A DNA stretch of 62,597 nucleotides, filler included, from Stramenopiles sp. TOSAG23-3 (taxonomy: Eukaryota), in assembly GCA_900128585.1 (NCBI GenBank). It is 23 parts of 23 records of this genome, joined end to end, with 100 filler letters (N's around TTAATTAATTAA, not from the genome) between each part and the next. Parts side by side here need not be neighbours in the genome. Positions count along the whole stretch, not along the records: positions 41,009 to 43,625 come from LT644690.1; positions 43,726 to 46,339 come from LT644691.1; positions 46,440 to 49,051 come from LT644692.1; positions 49,152 to 51,763 come from LT644693.1; positions 51,864 to 54,474 come from LT644694.1; positions 54,575 to 57,183 come from LT644695.1; 17 more parts are not named here. One strand, given 5' to 3'. Positions 43,531 to 55,567 of the stretch are shown here, one piece after another; position 1 is the first letter of the stretch; the number at the start of each line of letters is the position of its first letter. The notes beneath the pieces were generated by a model. It was not told where the DNA came from. It searched no databases and saw nothing but the letters and a program-made list of their open reading frames with translations. The translations under genes and the position numbers were made by a program.

Positions 43531-43610
43531 AACATGTCGTCCCAGAAATTGAGAGCGAGTAAAAGCGTATTCCCCTCTTTTGTCAACATGTCGTCCCAGA
43601 AATTGAGAGC
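43531..43610 (+). repeat. 26-bp direct repeat (54-bp period) duplicating a start codon of a 3'-truncated gene
   Basis: aacatgtcgtcccagaaattgagagc at 43531 and 43585, in frame (MSSQKLRA x2). Confidence 0.85.
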
Positions 43611-44348
43611 CTTCGAATTCCAAAANNNNNNNNNNNNNNNNNNNNNNNNNNNNNNNNNNNNNNNNNNNNTTAATTAATTAANNNNNNNNNNNNNNNNNNN
43701 NNNNNNNNNNNNNNNNNNNNNNNNNTGGCTCTTAGTCTATTAGAACGACGACTATAATAAATATTATAATTATTATATAAATAACCGAAGAAGCAGTTAA
43801 AAAAAGAAGAAGAAGAACATTTTACCCCCCTCCCCCTCTCCTGTCCCCTGCGTGCTGCTGGTATAATAATAATATAATTTATTATAAATAAAGCAATAAT
43901 AAAATAAATAAAAAAAGAGGAAAAAATATATTTTTTTAATTCTTATTCTATTATAACATAAACACAGTATATCTATTAAATATATATACCTTATTATAGT
44001 AATCAGAGTAAATAAATAAATACCGAATAATTAATAAAAACGAATATTTTTTTTACCAAAAATAATTCACAAAAAAAAAAAAAGAAAGAAGAAAGAAGAA
44101 GAAAAGAAGAAGAAAGAGAAGAGAAAAAAGAAGAAAAAAAAAGAAGAAGAAGAAGTATTCTGATATATTAATGTAAATACTCCGTAATATATATATCTTA
44201 CCAAAAAAGGAAGTAGATGTCTTTTTTTAACCATCTCAGGAAAGATTTCCCACTGATTAAATAATTGAACAGGGGAATATTCAAAGAAGTAGAAAGAGTT
44301 TGCGGCTAGTTGCACGGGTGCTCCTGTTCCCCATTGGGTAGTGTCGAA

Positions 44349-46052
44349 ATGGTAAAATTTGGGAAGTATAATTTAGCCATTCGGGAACGGTTGGCACGGC
44401 ATAAAACGTATTATGTCGTGGATTATAATAGTTTGAAACAGCTGGCGACAAAGCCCCAGGTCGATTTTTGTAAGGAGTGGTCAAACATTCTTCAGATGCA
44501 CTCGTCTTGGTTGCAAAAGGTCATAAAGGACACCTGGGCGAAAATTTTTGGAGTAATTGCCCTGGATGAAAACGCACGAGGTGCCACGCCTCGTTTGGCT
44601 TTGGAAATATTTATAAAGTTGACGCAGGAGAAGCACAAGGCCTGGATGGAGAAGCAGGGCGAAGGGGACGATGCTAGGAAAATCGAACGCCTTCTTGCAC
44701 CGTCATCACCGTTGTCGCCGAAGAGCGCCTCGGAAGCAGAGGAAAATTTTGCGTCGTCACCGTCCTCCTTGTTGCGGCGCTTCAAGTACTTGGAGCTTGT
44801 GTGCGAGTGCAACACTGAATCTTTACGAAAGGCGGTGAAGAAATTTGACAAGAACGCAAAAATTGACCGACCGCTAACCGCTGAATTGCTTCCCGGTCTC
44901 TACGCGGTTGCTATGGCAACGCCAAATTTTAAAAGCTACAGCAATATTTTGGTAGCCGGGTTATCGAAACAGACTCGTGATCCCAAGAAGAGCTCACCAG
45001 CGTTCTCGGTCGTTTTCGGGGAATCCGTGGATCTTTCGACGGGATCGAAAGGGAACATTGCACCTATGAGCTCTATTGCCCCGAACTCGGCACCACCTCG
45101 ATTCAACACGCCAGACTTGTTGGCGATGCAAAATCAAATGGCAGGTCGAAAGCGTTCAGAACTGGAGTGGCTTGGCCGCACGATCGAGGGTCTCCCGGAA
45201 GACTTCAGAAAACGATTGGTTCTCCATCGTGGTTTTCATGCCGTAGACGACAACAACGATCGACCACTGGAAAATTCGTTGGCTGCATACGAGCTGGCAT
45301 GGTCAGCGGGAGCAAAGTTCTGTGAATGTGACATCTCTTTGACGTTGGATGGATACATCGTGCTTTGTCACGACAAAAATTTCAAGCGTGTAGCGCTCTT
45401 TGGCGAGGACAACAAGTCTTCCCGTTTGGTTTCTGAATTAACATTTCGCGAACTAATCGCTCTGCCTTTGAAGAGTGGGCAACGGCCGCCGTTGCTGGCG
45501 GACGTTTTGACCAGCGCAAACAACATAGGAAACGGATCCCAATTAGTGGTGGAAATAAAGCCAGGAAACGCCAATGTCGCAGATGCCCTGTATAAATTGT
45601 TTACCACCTGCCCGTCTCTTGTTGAGAATGTTGGAGTGGTTATGTCATTTGATTTGTTCTGTATTCACCAGTTTAATAGAAAATACAGAACTTTACAGGG
45701 CTCGACTGGGATTGAGGAAGTTCGAGATTCAGACTTTAAAATAATGCTTTTGACTGTCTCGGATCCACAAGAACCAGCTCCGTATTTGCACGTGAGTTTG
45801 ATCGGCGGAATGAAAATCATCGAAGAATGGCTGGCGCATACAGATTCAGGGTCATCTCTGGATGGTGTTTATTTACAGTACGATCCAGCAATGCGCACGG
45901 AAGAAGGGGTCGAAGCCCTGAATCAGTTAGTCGACAAATACACTGTAGGCGTCTGGGGCGTAGAGCCAGATCAAAAAAGTCTGGCAGAGTTTTTGATGTC
46001 CAAAGGTGTCACTTTCGTCAACACCGACATGCCTCACAGTTTCCTCCAATAA
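44349..46052 (+). CDS. SPX-domain glycerophosphodiester phosphodiesterase
   Basis: MVKFGK..YNSLK..NTESLRKAVKKFDK (SPX); HRG, ENSLAAY, ECDISLTLDG, HD, VEIK, VNTD (GDPD). Confidence 0.88.
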   Translation: MVKFGKYNLAIRERLARHKTYYVVDYNSLKQLATKPQVDFCKEWSNILQMHSSWLQKVIKDTWAKIFGVIALDENARGATPRLALEIFIKLTQEKHKAWMEKQGEGDDARKIERLLAPSSPLSPKSASEAEENFASSPSSLLRRFKYLELVCECNTESLRKAVKKFDKNAKIDRPLTAELLPGLYAVAMATPNFKSYSNILVAGLSKQTRDPKKSSPAFSVVFGESVDLSTGSKGNIAPMSSIAPNSAPPRFNTPDLLAMQNQMAGRKRSELEWLGRTIEGLPEDFRKRLVLHRGFHAVDDNNDRPLENSLAAYELAWSAGAKFCECDISLTLDGYIVLCHDKNFKRVALFGEDNKSSRLVSELTFRELIALPLKSGQRPPLLADVLTSANNIGNGSQLVVEIKPGNANVADALYKLFTTCPSLVENVGVVMSFDLFCIHQFNRKYRTLQGSTGIEEVRDSDFKIMLLTVSDPQEPAPYLHVSLIGGMKIIEEWLAHTDSGSSLDGVYLQYDPAMRTEEGVEALNQLVDKYTVGVWGVEPDQKSLAEFLMSKGVTFVNTDMPHSFLQ

Positions 46053-47474
46053 CTGCCGAAGACAAAAATAGCGAGAGGGGGATTTTTTTTTGAAAAACAC
46101 AGCAGTTGCTAGCACCGGTACAAGAAATTAAACATTTTTTTATTGAAGTCTTTTATGGTGCGTGCCACCAAGAATTTCCTAGATGCTGTGTCACATTCAT
46201 GTATAAGTTACATATAAATATTATACGTAGTACTACAACAACAATGGAGTTTTTTCACAAAATCCCTGTTTTTCATGTCAAAAAATCGAGTAGCAAATTT
46301 ACGGCTCTATCTCCCTTCCTCCTAAAATATAAATTTTCTNNNNNNNNNNNNNNNNNNNNNNNNNNNNNNNNNNNNNNNNNNNNTTAATTAATTAANNNNN
46401 NNNNNNNNNNNNNNNNNNNNNNNNNNNNNNNNNNNNNNNAAGAAGAAAGAAGAAAGAAGAAAGAAGAAAGAAGAAAGAAGAAAGAAGAAAGAAGAAAGAA
46501 GAAAGAAGAAGAAAGAGAAGAAGAATTAAAAGAAAGAAGAAGGAAAAACGCATCGATCAATTTAATTAGTGCTCTGCTTATTTTATTATTATTTTACTGC
46601 CAACAAAACAAAACAAAACATTGAATAGCATTGAATACAATTCTATAGAATTAAATATTATTTATCTTACAATACACTACTATACAATATTTGTACTAAT
46701 TAATTGACTATCAAAAGAAATCACAAAATCCAAATTAAAACCAATCCTTCCTTCCTTCCTTCCTTGCTAGTTCTATGTAATAAGATGAGAATAAAATTCG
46801 AATGGTAGTAACGGAGTATAGAGAATAGAATAGAAATTATTTTATTCCTTCTACGTACTATTCCTATGTATATGTTTTAATAAAATAGGAATAATGGATA
46901 ATTTATCACATTTCAGAAGAGACTAGGATTGTCAAATTAATTTTTAAGGCAATTTTAATTGTTTTATTTTATATTATTAATTCATGTTCATCACTTTCTA
47001 TAATACTTTCATTTATAATAATTAATTTTTTGTTTTTAAACATTCATACAAAATCATTTAATTATATAATACCTTAAGGATGTTTTATTTCTTCTTTGCT
47101 TAGAAAGAAAGAAGATGTTTCTTCTTGATTCATTTCATTCTTCTTCTCAAAGAAGAAATAAGAAGAGAAGAAGAAGAAGGAAGGAAGAAAGAAAGAAAGA
47201 AAAGAAGCATGAGTTAGTTAGTTAAAAAGTTTTTCTTCTGCGTGTTTAACAAAGTATATGTTTCAGTTATTGACAGAAATCTTTTCTGTCTTGCATTTTC
47301 TTCTGTTGCGCTTTTTGACGAATACAACGATTACACGCAATATATATTTATATAAATCCGGACGTACACGTTTCATTAACCTTTGATCCCCCTCCCCAAG
47401 TATTTGAATATATTTGTTTGGAGATCCGAGGCAATAGAACCAACCGAAAGCAACCACAAAGCAATTATACCATC

Positions 47475-49051
47475 ATGGCGAGCTTTGCGAAGGAAACAGG
47501 GCACTCGGCCAACTACAAGAAGGGCGTCGATGTGGACGAAGGGAGGCGCGGGCGCGAAGAGACCACCGTTAGTATCCGCAAGCAAAAGCGCGCGGAGCGT
47601 TTGAACCAACGAAGGCGCATGAACCGCGGCGGCGGCGACTCTGCCGCGGCGGGGGCGGGCGAGAACGCGTTCGCCAGGCAGCCGGACATGACGGACGGCA
47701 GCGTGTCCCAGCGGTTGAAAAACTTGCCGCAGATGGTACAGGGTGTGTTTAGCCAAGACCCCCGCCACCAGCTGGAGGCGACCACGCACTTCCGAAAGTT
47801 GCTCTCGATAGAGCGGAACCCGCCCATCGAAGAGGTCATCAACGCCAAGGTCGTCCCGCAGTTCGTCCAGTTCCTGACGCGGCACGACAACCCCGCCCTT
47901 CAGTTCGAGGCGGCCTGGGCCCTGACCAACATTGCCAGTGGCACCAGCGAGCACACAAAAGTCGTCATCGACCATGGCGCCATCCCAAAGTTCGTAGGCC
48001 TCCTTGGCTCGAAGAACGACGACGTCCGGGAGCAAGCCGTCTGGGCGCTCGGCAACATTGCCGGCGACTCCCCGGCCTGCAGGAACCAAGTCTTGCAATC
48101 GAACGCCCTCGGCGCGCTCCTCCAACAGCTCCAGCCGAACACCAAAGTCTCCATGCAACGAAACGCAACGTGGACCCTCTCCAATTTTTGCCGTGGAAAA
48201 CCACAACCGCCCTTCGAATTAGTGAAACCCGCGCTCCCGACACTGGCGCAGCTGATTTTCCAGCAGGACGACGAAGTCCTTACGGATGCGTGCTGGGCCC
48301 TGTCCTACCTGAGCGACGGGCCGAACGAAAAGATCCAAGCCGTTATAGAAAGTGGCGTCTGCATGCGGCTCGTCGAGCTCCTCATGCACCCCTCCCCCGC
48401 CGTTCAGACCCCGGCGCTCCGCACGGTGGGCAACATCGTCACGGGCGACGACTTGCAGACCCAGGTCATCATCAACTGCTCCGCCCTGCCCTGCCTGTTG
48501 GGGCTGCTCAATAGCGCAAAGAAGGGCATTCGCAAAGAGGCCTGCTGGACGATTTCGAACATCACCGCGGGGAACAACCTGCAGATCAAAGCCGTGATCG
48601 AAGCGAACGTGATCCCCCCCTTGATCAACCTGCTGAAGAACGCAGAGTTCGACATCAAGAAGGAGGCCGCCTGGGCCATCTCAAACGCAACTTCCGGCGG
48701 GACCCCTGAGCAGATCAACTTCTTAGTAGAACAGGGTTGCGTCCCCCCGCTGTGCGACCTGCTGGAGGTCCGAGACGCGAAGATCGTCACCGTGGCGCTC
48801 GAGGGGCTGGAGAACATTTTGAAGATTGGCGATGGCATGAAGGACAACAACGGGGAGAACCCGCATGCGAACACCGTGGAACTGGCGAACGGGTTAGACA
48901 AGATTGACGAGCTCCAGAACCACGAAAACAATGACATTTACGAACGTGCAGTGAAAATCCTCGAAAAATATTTTGGCGCCGTGGACGAAGAGGGAGGCGA
49001 GGACGCGCCGCAGCTCGGTGCGGACGGCCAGTTCCAATTCGGCAGTCAAGG
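47475..49051 (+). CDS. Importin subunit alpha, 3' partial
   Basis: IBB (RRGREE..IRKQKR..LNQRR), ARM repeats ([38 protein letters not shown]). Confidence 0.97.
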
Positions 49052-49151
49052 NNNNNNNNNNNNNNNNNNNNNNNNNNNNNNNNNNNNNNNNNNNNTTAAT
49101 TAATTAANNNNNNNNNNNNNNNNNNNNNNNNNNNNNNNNNNNNNNNNNNNN

Positions 49152-51762
49152 CATCTTCATCACTGTTTCCTACGGAAAATACCTTCCACATTTCATACAA
49201 TTTACTCTTCTTGAGCCCGAGAGGACTATTTTGTTTCGTAAAATATTGGAAGTCTGGTACAAAATATGTTCCCCCACTGGAAGCCCCTAATAAATGAGCA
49301 GACGCTTTCCCATCACAACACAGTATCAACTTCAATTGTTTCTGTTTTTCTTCCATTAAGTAGTTTTTAAGTTTCTCAAGTTCCTCATTCACGGCTTGAT
49401 AGAACACATCAATATTTGGGTCATCTTCTCCCAATGCAACAGAACCAATAATAAATTGGCTTTCAAGCAGGTCGGCGCATTCACCTAGGCCGATAAATTT
49501 TAGTGATGCAATTACAGCTGTGCGATTGTTACCAGACTTATAGAGAGGGAATCCGTCTACCTGAAGCGCAGCCAACTCTAAATTTGGATCTGTGGCCGCA
49601 CAGCAGAATTTATCCTCCCCTATTGCTCTTTTCTTCATTTTACACGCTTCTACAAGATCGATAATACAATGATCCACATTTTCAAGGCCATCAATTTCAT
49701 TCCAGACCGATGGAATCATTTTTTCTTCCATGAGGTTTTCAAGCTCACGGCTGCACTTCTTTATCGATGACAATGTAGTTAAATCGCCTTGAAATTCAAC
49801 ACCATTGAATTCATATTTTAATGGCCGCCGTCTCCGACGACGGCGGCGGGTGCTCTCTGAACTTTCATCAGTAAAAGAATACGATGTTGTTTTGACATAT
49901 TCTAAATGCGCCTGTTCGCTCATGTTGGCTCTTATGCGGGCAAGAAGATTCCGACGTTGCTCTTCTCGTCTACTTGCATTATCTTTTTTCACTGATTCCA
50001 TTAATTTTGTGGCAGTGTATTGACCAATTTTTCGTGCCCAAGGAGATTTGCACTCTAGTGCATCTTTAAATTCCTCCAACGAAACATGATCTTTGCTTTT
50101 TACACCAAGCAACTCGCAAAAGTTGTGCAACAAAGCATTGCTTGCTTGATTAATACCAAACTTGACTTTAATAAAATCAAAAAGCCGCTGTTTCAACTCA
50201 TTTACCATCTGCTTAGTATGTTGATTAGTGTGCTTACCCACATCCATAGTCGTTGATGTCAGTATTTTTGCTAATGATGGACAGTATCTTCCATACGGAC
50301 GCCCAAATAAATACATAAGGTGTAGTATTTGGTCGATAGTTTCAGACTGCTGCACGGGATTTTGGTGCACATATGATTTCCAATCTGTGGAAAAAACTGC
50401 GACACTTTCGAATTTTTTTTTTCCATGTGTCTTAAAGTAATTCATAAATGCTTTAAGCAAGATTTTTTTCATAGCATCTCTGCTGAATTCGGAATCGTAC
50501 GAAAACATTATTATGGTTTTGTCTATACTCGGAATTAACAGGCCACGTTTATAGTAATATTGCAATGCGCGTAGTGAAGATTTGGAAAACGGTGCATTTG
50601 ACTCTAAGAAGAATGTTGTTAATCCTTCCAAATTCATGTCTCCGCTTATTTTAAAACGCTTTTTTGGTATAAAAGGCGTCTCCGTTATTTGCCTATGTGA
50701 GGCCAAGGATAAGACCCGTCGCTTCAAACAAGAAGGTGATATAATTTTTTGCAGTAATTTGAAGTTGCGGAAAACTTTTTCCATCCTCACAATGTCTAAG
50801 TTGGTAACTTTTTTTGCAGCAGGACGGTGACGTACGATGACATAATTCAATACCTTTTGGACACCATCCCAAGAAACTACATTTTGATTTACTCGGCCGC
50901 GCAATTTTATACCATAATCACAAATTGTAAATCGTTTGTAGTCAAAAACAGATTTACATTTTTCTATCAGTTCCTTTCTTTCTAACATTGTATCAAGAGG
51001 GTTCACAATAAATTGGCAGACCTGTTTTTGCTCACCACTTCCACCCATTTTTACCGTTGTATGCGCCCATTCTCTTAGTACCATAGGACTTAATACACCA
51101 GACTGCAATTTATTCTGGATTTTTGTCACGTAGCTAAATTTCCCATATCTTTTAGCGGTATCGCCAAAGCTAACAAATCGAATCCTACTAGTTTTACAGC
51201 AAACCAATCGCATCAACTCTTCCATTGTCTCATCTGGAACCCCAGCGATAAAGCCCCATAAATAGACAACTTTATCTTTTGGGATACTTAACTGGTCAAG
51301 AAAGTCACTGCATGTTTTTGCATATATCAGCTTTGTACGAGGATCGTCTGATTCTGTCTTGTTGGAAACATCTAAGGCCCATTGTTGCCCCTGGTTTAAT
51401 GCATCGATATACTGTGAGTACACTCCCAGGCCATTCTGAAAGTGGCAACGTATTTGCCGATCATCCGTTGGTACTCCAAGTTTACTCTCAACTAACTGAT
51501 TCACTTCATGTATCATATCAGTCCAGTTGTCCCATTGAAACAAATTTCGTAGCTGTGGATTAATGTCTATTCCGACAATATCTGCACACCCAAGTGCAAA
51601 TGCTAGACGCAATAAAAGGTGACCACCACCAACTCCAAATTCTAATGCAACGGCATCTTTCTCCTCAAATCCGAATTCTTGCTCGAAAAGCTTGAAAGCA
51701 GAAACTTCGTTGATTATGGAAAGTAAAGTTTTATACCCTGGCATACCACCTCCACCATTGTT
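49152..51762 (-). mobile_element. Putative transposase: N-terminal SAM methyltransferase-like domain plus C-terminal RAG1/Transib-like DDE core; partial at both ends
   Basis: ALEFGVGGGHLLLRLAFALGCADIVGIDIN (motif I/II); NLS RRRRRRR; LQVDGFPLYKS...GED...VNEELEKL...LILCCDGKASAHLLGASSGGTYF. Confidence 0.6.
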
Positions 51763-51865
51763 GNNNNNNNNNNNNNNNNNNNNNNNNNNNNNNNNNNNNN
51801 NNNNNNNTTAATTAATTAANNNNNNNNNNNNNNNNNNNNNNNNNNNNNNNNNNNNNNNNNNNNAT

Positions 51866-53248
51866 AACCGCTGTGGTGGCCAGGAGTTCATCAACGGGGC
51901 AGAAAAATTAAATGTTGCTGCTACTTTAAAAGCTGCGAAACCTCATTATCGTACCTTTTATGCTGGAAAATATCTTAATAATTACGGGACCGAGGGACTC
52001 GGGGGGATCGAGCGTATCCCACCAGGGTGGGATGAATGGTATGGTCTAAAGGGCAACAGCAAATATTACCACTACGAAGTCAGCAACCAAGGAAAACTTG
52101 AAAAGCACGGTGGCGATTATGAAAAGGATTATTTTACAGATCGAGTTGCAAACCGTTCATTGGACTTTATGAGGAATCAAATCAAACACGGAAATCCCTT
52201 TTTTATGACGGTCGCTACGCCCGCAAGCCATGGCCCCAACACACCCGCACCTCAATATGCAGAAACGTACGCTGGGATGAAAGCCCCACGCTTGCCGAGT
52301 TATAACGTGACTGGACAACGCGACAAATCTTACTTGATGAGAGAAATCATTCCAATGGATCGTAACCACGCCAACGTTTCGGACGTATATTTTCAAAGAA
52401 GATGGAGTGTATTGCGCAGTGTTGATGACATGGTCCAACGGTTTTTAGATACCCTTGAATCAACAAAGGTGTTGGATAATACGTACATCTTGTTTACGAG
52501 CGACCACGGTTACCATTTGGGGGAGTTTGGGATGTTATACGACAAAAGAATGTTGTACGAAACAGATATCCGTATTCCATTTCTCGTACGCGGCCCGCAG
52601 ATTAGCAATGGGCAGTTACTGGACATTCCCATCAATCATGTTGACATAGCACCGACAATATTAGACATGGCCGGCGCTCCCGTTCCGAAAATTATGGATG
52701 GACGATCATGGCTTCCACTAGTTCAAGGGAGAGGGAAAAAAGAAAAGACAACATGGAGATCATCATTTATGGTAGAGTACTCTGGGGGCAATCCCTTGCC
52801 GAATATGCAGAAGTCCAACGATGCTCCAACTGACGTGGCACAGTTGTTGTCAATGACAGTCGATGTTCGGACAGAGAACGATGCATTTGCGGGTTCCATC
52901 CCCGTTCGTCGAAAATCTACGTGTGCTGCTCGCGCAGACGACGAATCGTCCATTACTGGGCAGTGCAGCTGTTCCATAGGTAGAATTTCTGGAAACGAGC
53001 ATGACATCAGTCCATGCGACGGGAAAAATAATACGTACGCGTGTATTCGTACGTTGAATGGTGAGCAAAATACCATGTATTGTGAATTCAATGATCCAGA
53101 ACATCATGTTGAATTGTATGATTTGGAAAGTGATCCGTACAATTTGAACAATTTAGTTGGTCAAACAAGCAGAAACATGTTGAAAAAACACCATGAGAGT
53201 TTAATAACACTTCAGACATGCAAAGGGTCCAGTGAATGTTTTAATTGA
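51866..53248 (+). CDS. N-acetylglucosamine-6-sulfatase-like sulfatase, 5' partial
   Basis: YRTFYAGKYLN, PPGWDEW, SHGPNTPAP, FTSDHGYHLGEF, DKRMLYETDIRIPF, ELYDLESDPY. Confidence 0.9.
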   Translation, partial: NRCGGQEFINGAEKLNVAATLKAAKPHYRTFYAGKYLNNYGTEGLGGIERIPPGWDEWYGLKGNSKYYHYEVSNQGKLEKHGGDYEKDYFTDRVANRSLDFMRNQIKHGNPFFMTVATPASHGPNTPAPQYAETYAGMKAPRLPSYNVTGQRDKSYLMREIIPMDRNHANVSDVYFQRRWSVLRSVDDMVQRFLDTLESTKVLDNTYILFTSDHGYHLGEFGMLYDKRMLYETDIRIPFLVRGPQISNGQLLDIPINHVDIAPTILDMAGAPVPKIMDGRSWLPLVQGRGKKEKTTWRSSFMVEYSGGNPLPNMQKSNDAPTDVAQLLSMTVDVRTENDAFAGSIPVRRKSTCAARADDESSITGQCSCSIGRISGNEHDISPCDGKNNTYACIRTLNGEQNTMYCEFNDPEHHVELYDLESDPYNLNNLVGQTSRNMLKKHHESLITLQTCKGSSECFN

Positions 53249-55567
53249 AATAATGATATTTAATGTTGACAGCACAATATTATTAATACGTCCTCGTTAT
53301 TTTAATACTACTACTCCAAATTATTATATTTTTAAATATTATTATATATTGAATAGTCGAAGTTCAGACGACTAAAAAAATAGTTTTAAAAAAACCTTCT
53401 TATTCATCAGTTTATATTCTATAAAATTTATTATAATAATAATAATTATCATATAATTATAAGTGTCATCAAGATGCCACCGACCCAACAGGTTAATTTG
53501 AATGTTAAACCATCATCATTCAGATTATTTTTTCTTTTTGTTTCCCCTTCTCTTTTTTATATTATTGCATAAGAAGTATAGATATATATACTTCTTACTC
53601 TATAGATTCTACTCTTCTATGTAACAATTTTCAACAAAGTGAGTACAAAGATACACACAAACCCGATATCATAGATAGTTTATGATTGCATTATTTTAAT
53701 GACTAACAAACAGAGCAATAAGAGATTACAAAGAGATCGAACGGGAGTGAACGGGACAGATCGGGGTGTCATTTCATTAAAAACCGAGACGTCATATAAT
53801 ACAAGAAGGGTACCGATCATCCCCCTCCCCAAATCCCGTGCATCTTTCCAAGTGGTATGTTTGATGATTTTGGCGCAAGCATAAGGGAACTCCGTTCCAC
53901 CCTGATGCAATCACCGGATTCAGAGATCCAGTATGCGCGGAAGCAGAATTCTCACTTGCTGGAACGAAATGCCAAGCTACAACTCGAGCTAACGGATTTA
54001 AAAGTCCAGTTTGCCGACATCGTGCAAATGGTGAACCAGACGAACATTTTACACTTTAAAGAACCATTTGAAAGCGTAAAAAGTCTTGCAGAAATTTTGC
54101 AGCAGACAGGCGCACCGGGAGTCCTCGGAGCAATTCCAAAAGGCGCAAAGAACGAAAACCTTTGAAAGATTATTACAGTCCAGACCCGTTCAAAGAGAAA
54201 AAGACCAGGATGCGGGAGAGAGACACGCCCCCGGCTATTCATACCCCACGAAGGATACGCCGCCCTGAACCTGGAAAGAGCGATAGAAGGCGGCTGCCGA
54301 CTCGATACACCGAAACGCCAGAAATTAGTGGGGGGAACAGTGGTAGTGGCCACTCGGACGGCATAAAATGGGAAGACGACGATATGGTGGGAAAGTAACA
54401 AAGCGAAATGGACATTCAAATCAATGTATTTTTAGCCCATATATGTAAAAAAAACATAACGTTAACGTTAACGGNNNNNNNNNNNNNNNNNNNNNNNNNN
54501 NNNNNNNNNNNNNNNNNNTTAATTAATTAANNNNNNNNNNNNNNNNNNNNNNNNNNNNNNNNNNNNNNNNNNNNTATCTATCTACCAGCTCGTTTTTTTG
54601 TCTATCTATTTCCACGTCAGTTGTTGCCTTGTGATATTCATAACATTTAAATAAATTCATTTTTCATTTTTGTAATAATACGAAGTAATATTTTTTTTAT
54701 TAATAAAAATATAATAAAATAATAAATAATAAAAAAATAATATAAAAATAAATAGTAATATAAAAAATAATAATAATAATACACCACACAAGTACAACAC
54801 ACACCGCCAATAATTAAAAAAAAAAAAAGTAATAATTAATAATAATATAGTAATGTAAATAAGTATTATTATGGTACACACATATAATAATAATGTACAA
54901 TTAGGGCTATAAGCTTAAAAGTATTTTTATAATAATAGTCGTCGTCTAATAGTCGTATAAATAAACCAAATAACAAGCACCTCTTCTTCTTCTTTTTTTT
55001 CTTTTCTTTTTCTTCTTCTCTTCTCTTCAGATTCTCTTCAGATTCTCTTCTCTCTTCAGATTCTCTTCTTCTCTTCTCCTTTTTTCCTTTTTTTTCTAGA
55101 GACTACTAAATATTATTAATAATAATACCGGTTGTAAATTGTTTTTAAGATCTACGAGTCGAAATTCAGACTTTTGTCGTAGCGTGAAACAACATGCAAA
55201 TACCATTGAATCATGAATAATATCAGTTGGAGCTTCTTCTTCGAGAAAGAAGATCGATTGTACGTTATAATGTACAATAGTAGATATTTAGAAAAAGATA
55301 TTTTTTCAGTTTTCCTCACTTTCATTCTGTGCCTATGTTAATTCTTGTCGGCGGCGTTCAGTTTTTTTTTAGTAGAGATTAGTTTTCGGTGTATTACTAC
55401 TAGCTCTATGACACACTGCAAGACAACAGGTCTGCGGGTAAACTATCTTCGTCAAGTTCTTCCTTTAACGGCTTCAAAATAGCGCAAAAAAACAAATAGA
55501 ATGCACGTTCAGTTACAAGTTTGTTATTCCCAGCGAGCTTCAAAAGGGGTTTGGGAGTAGTACAACA

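Noticed and set aside
35926-51762. Methyltransferase + tyrosine recombinase + transposase as one defence or mobile island
   Set aside because: They lie on different contigs separated by artificial linkers; there is no evidence of linkage.
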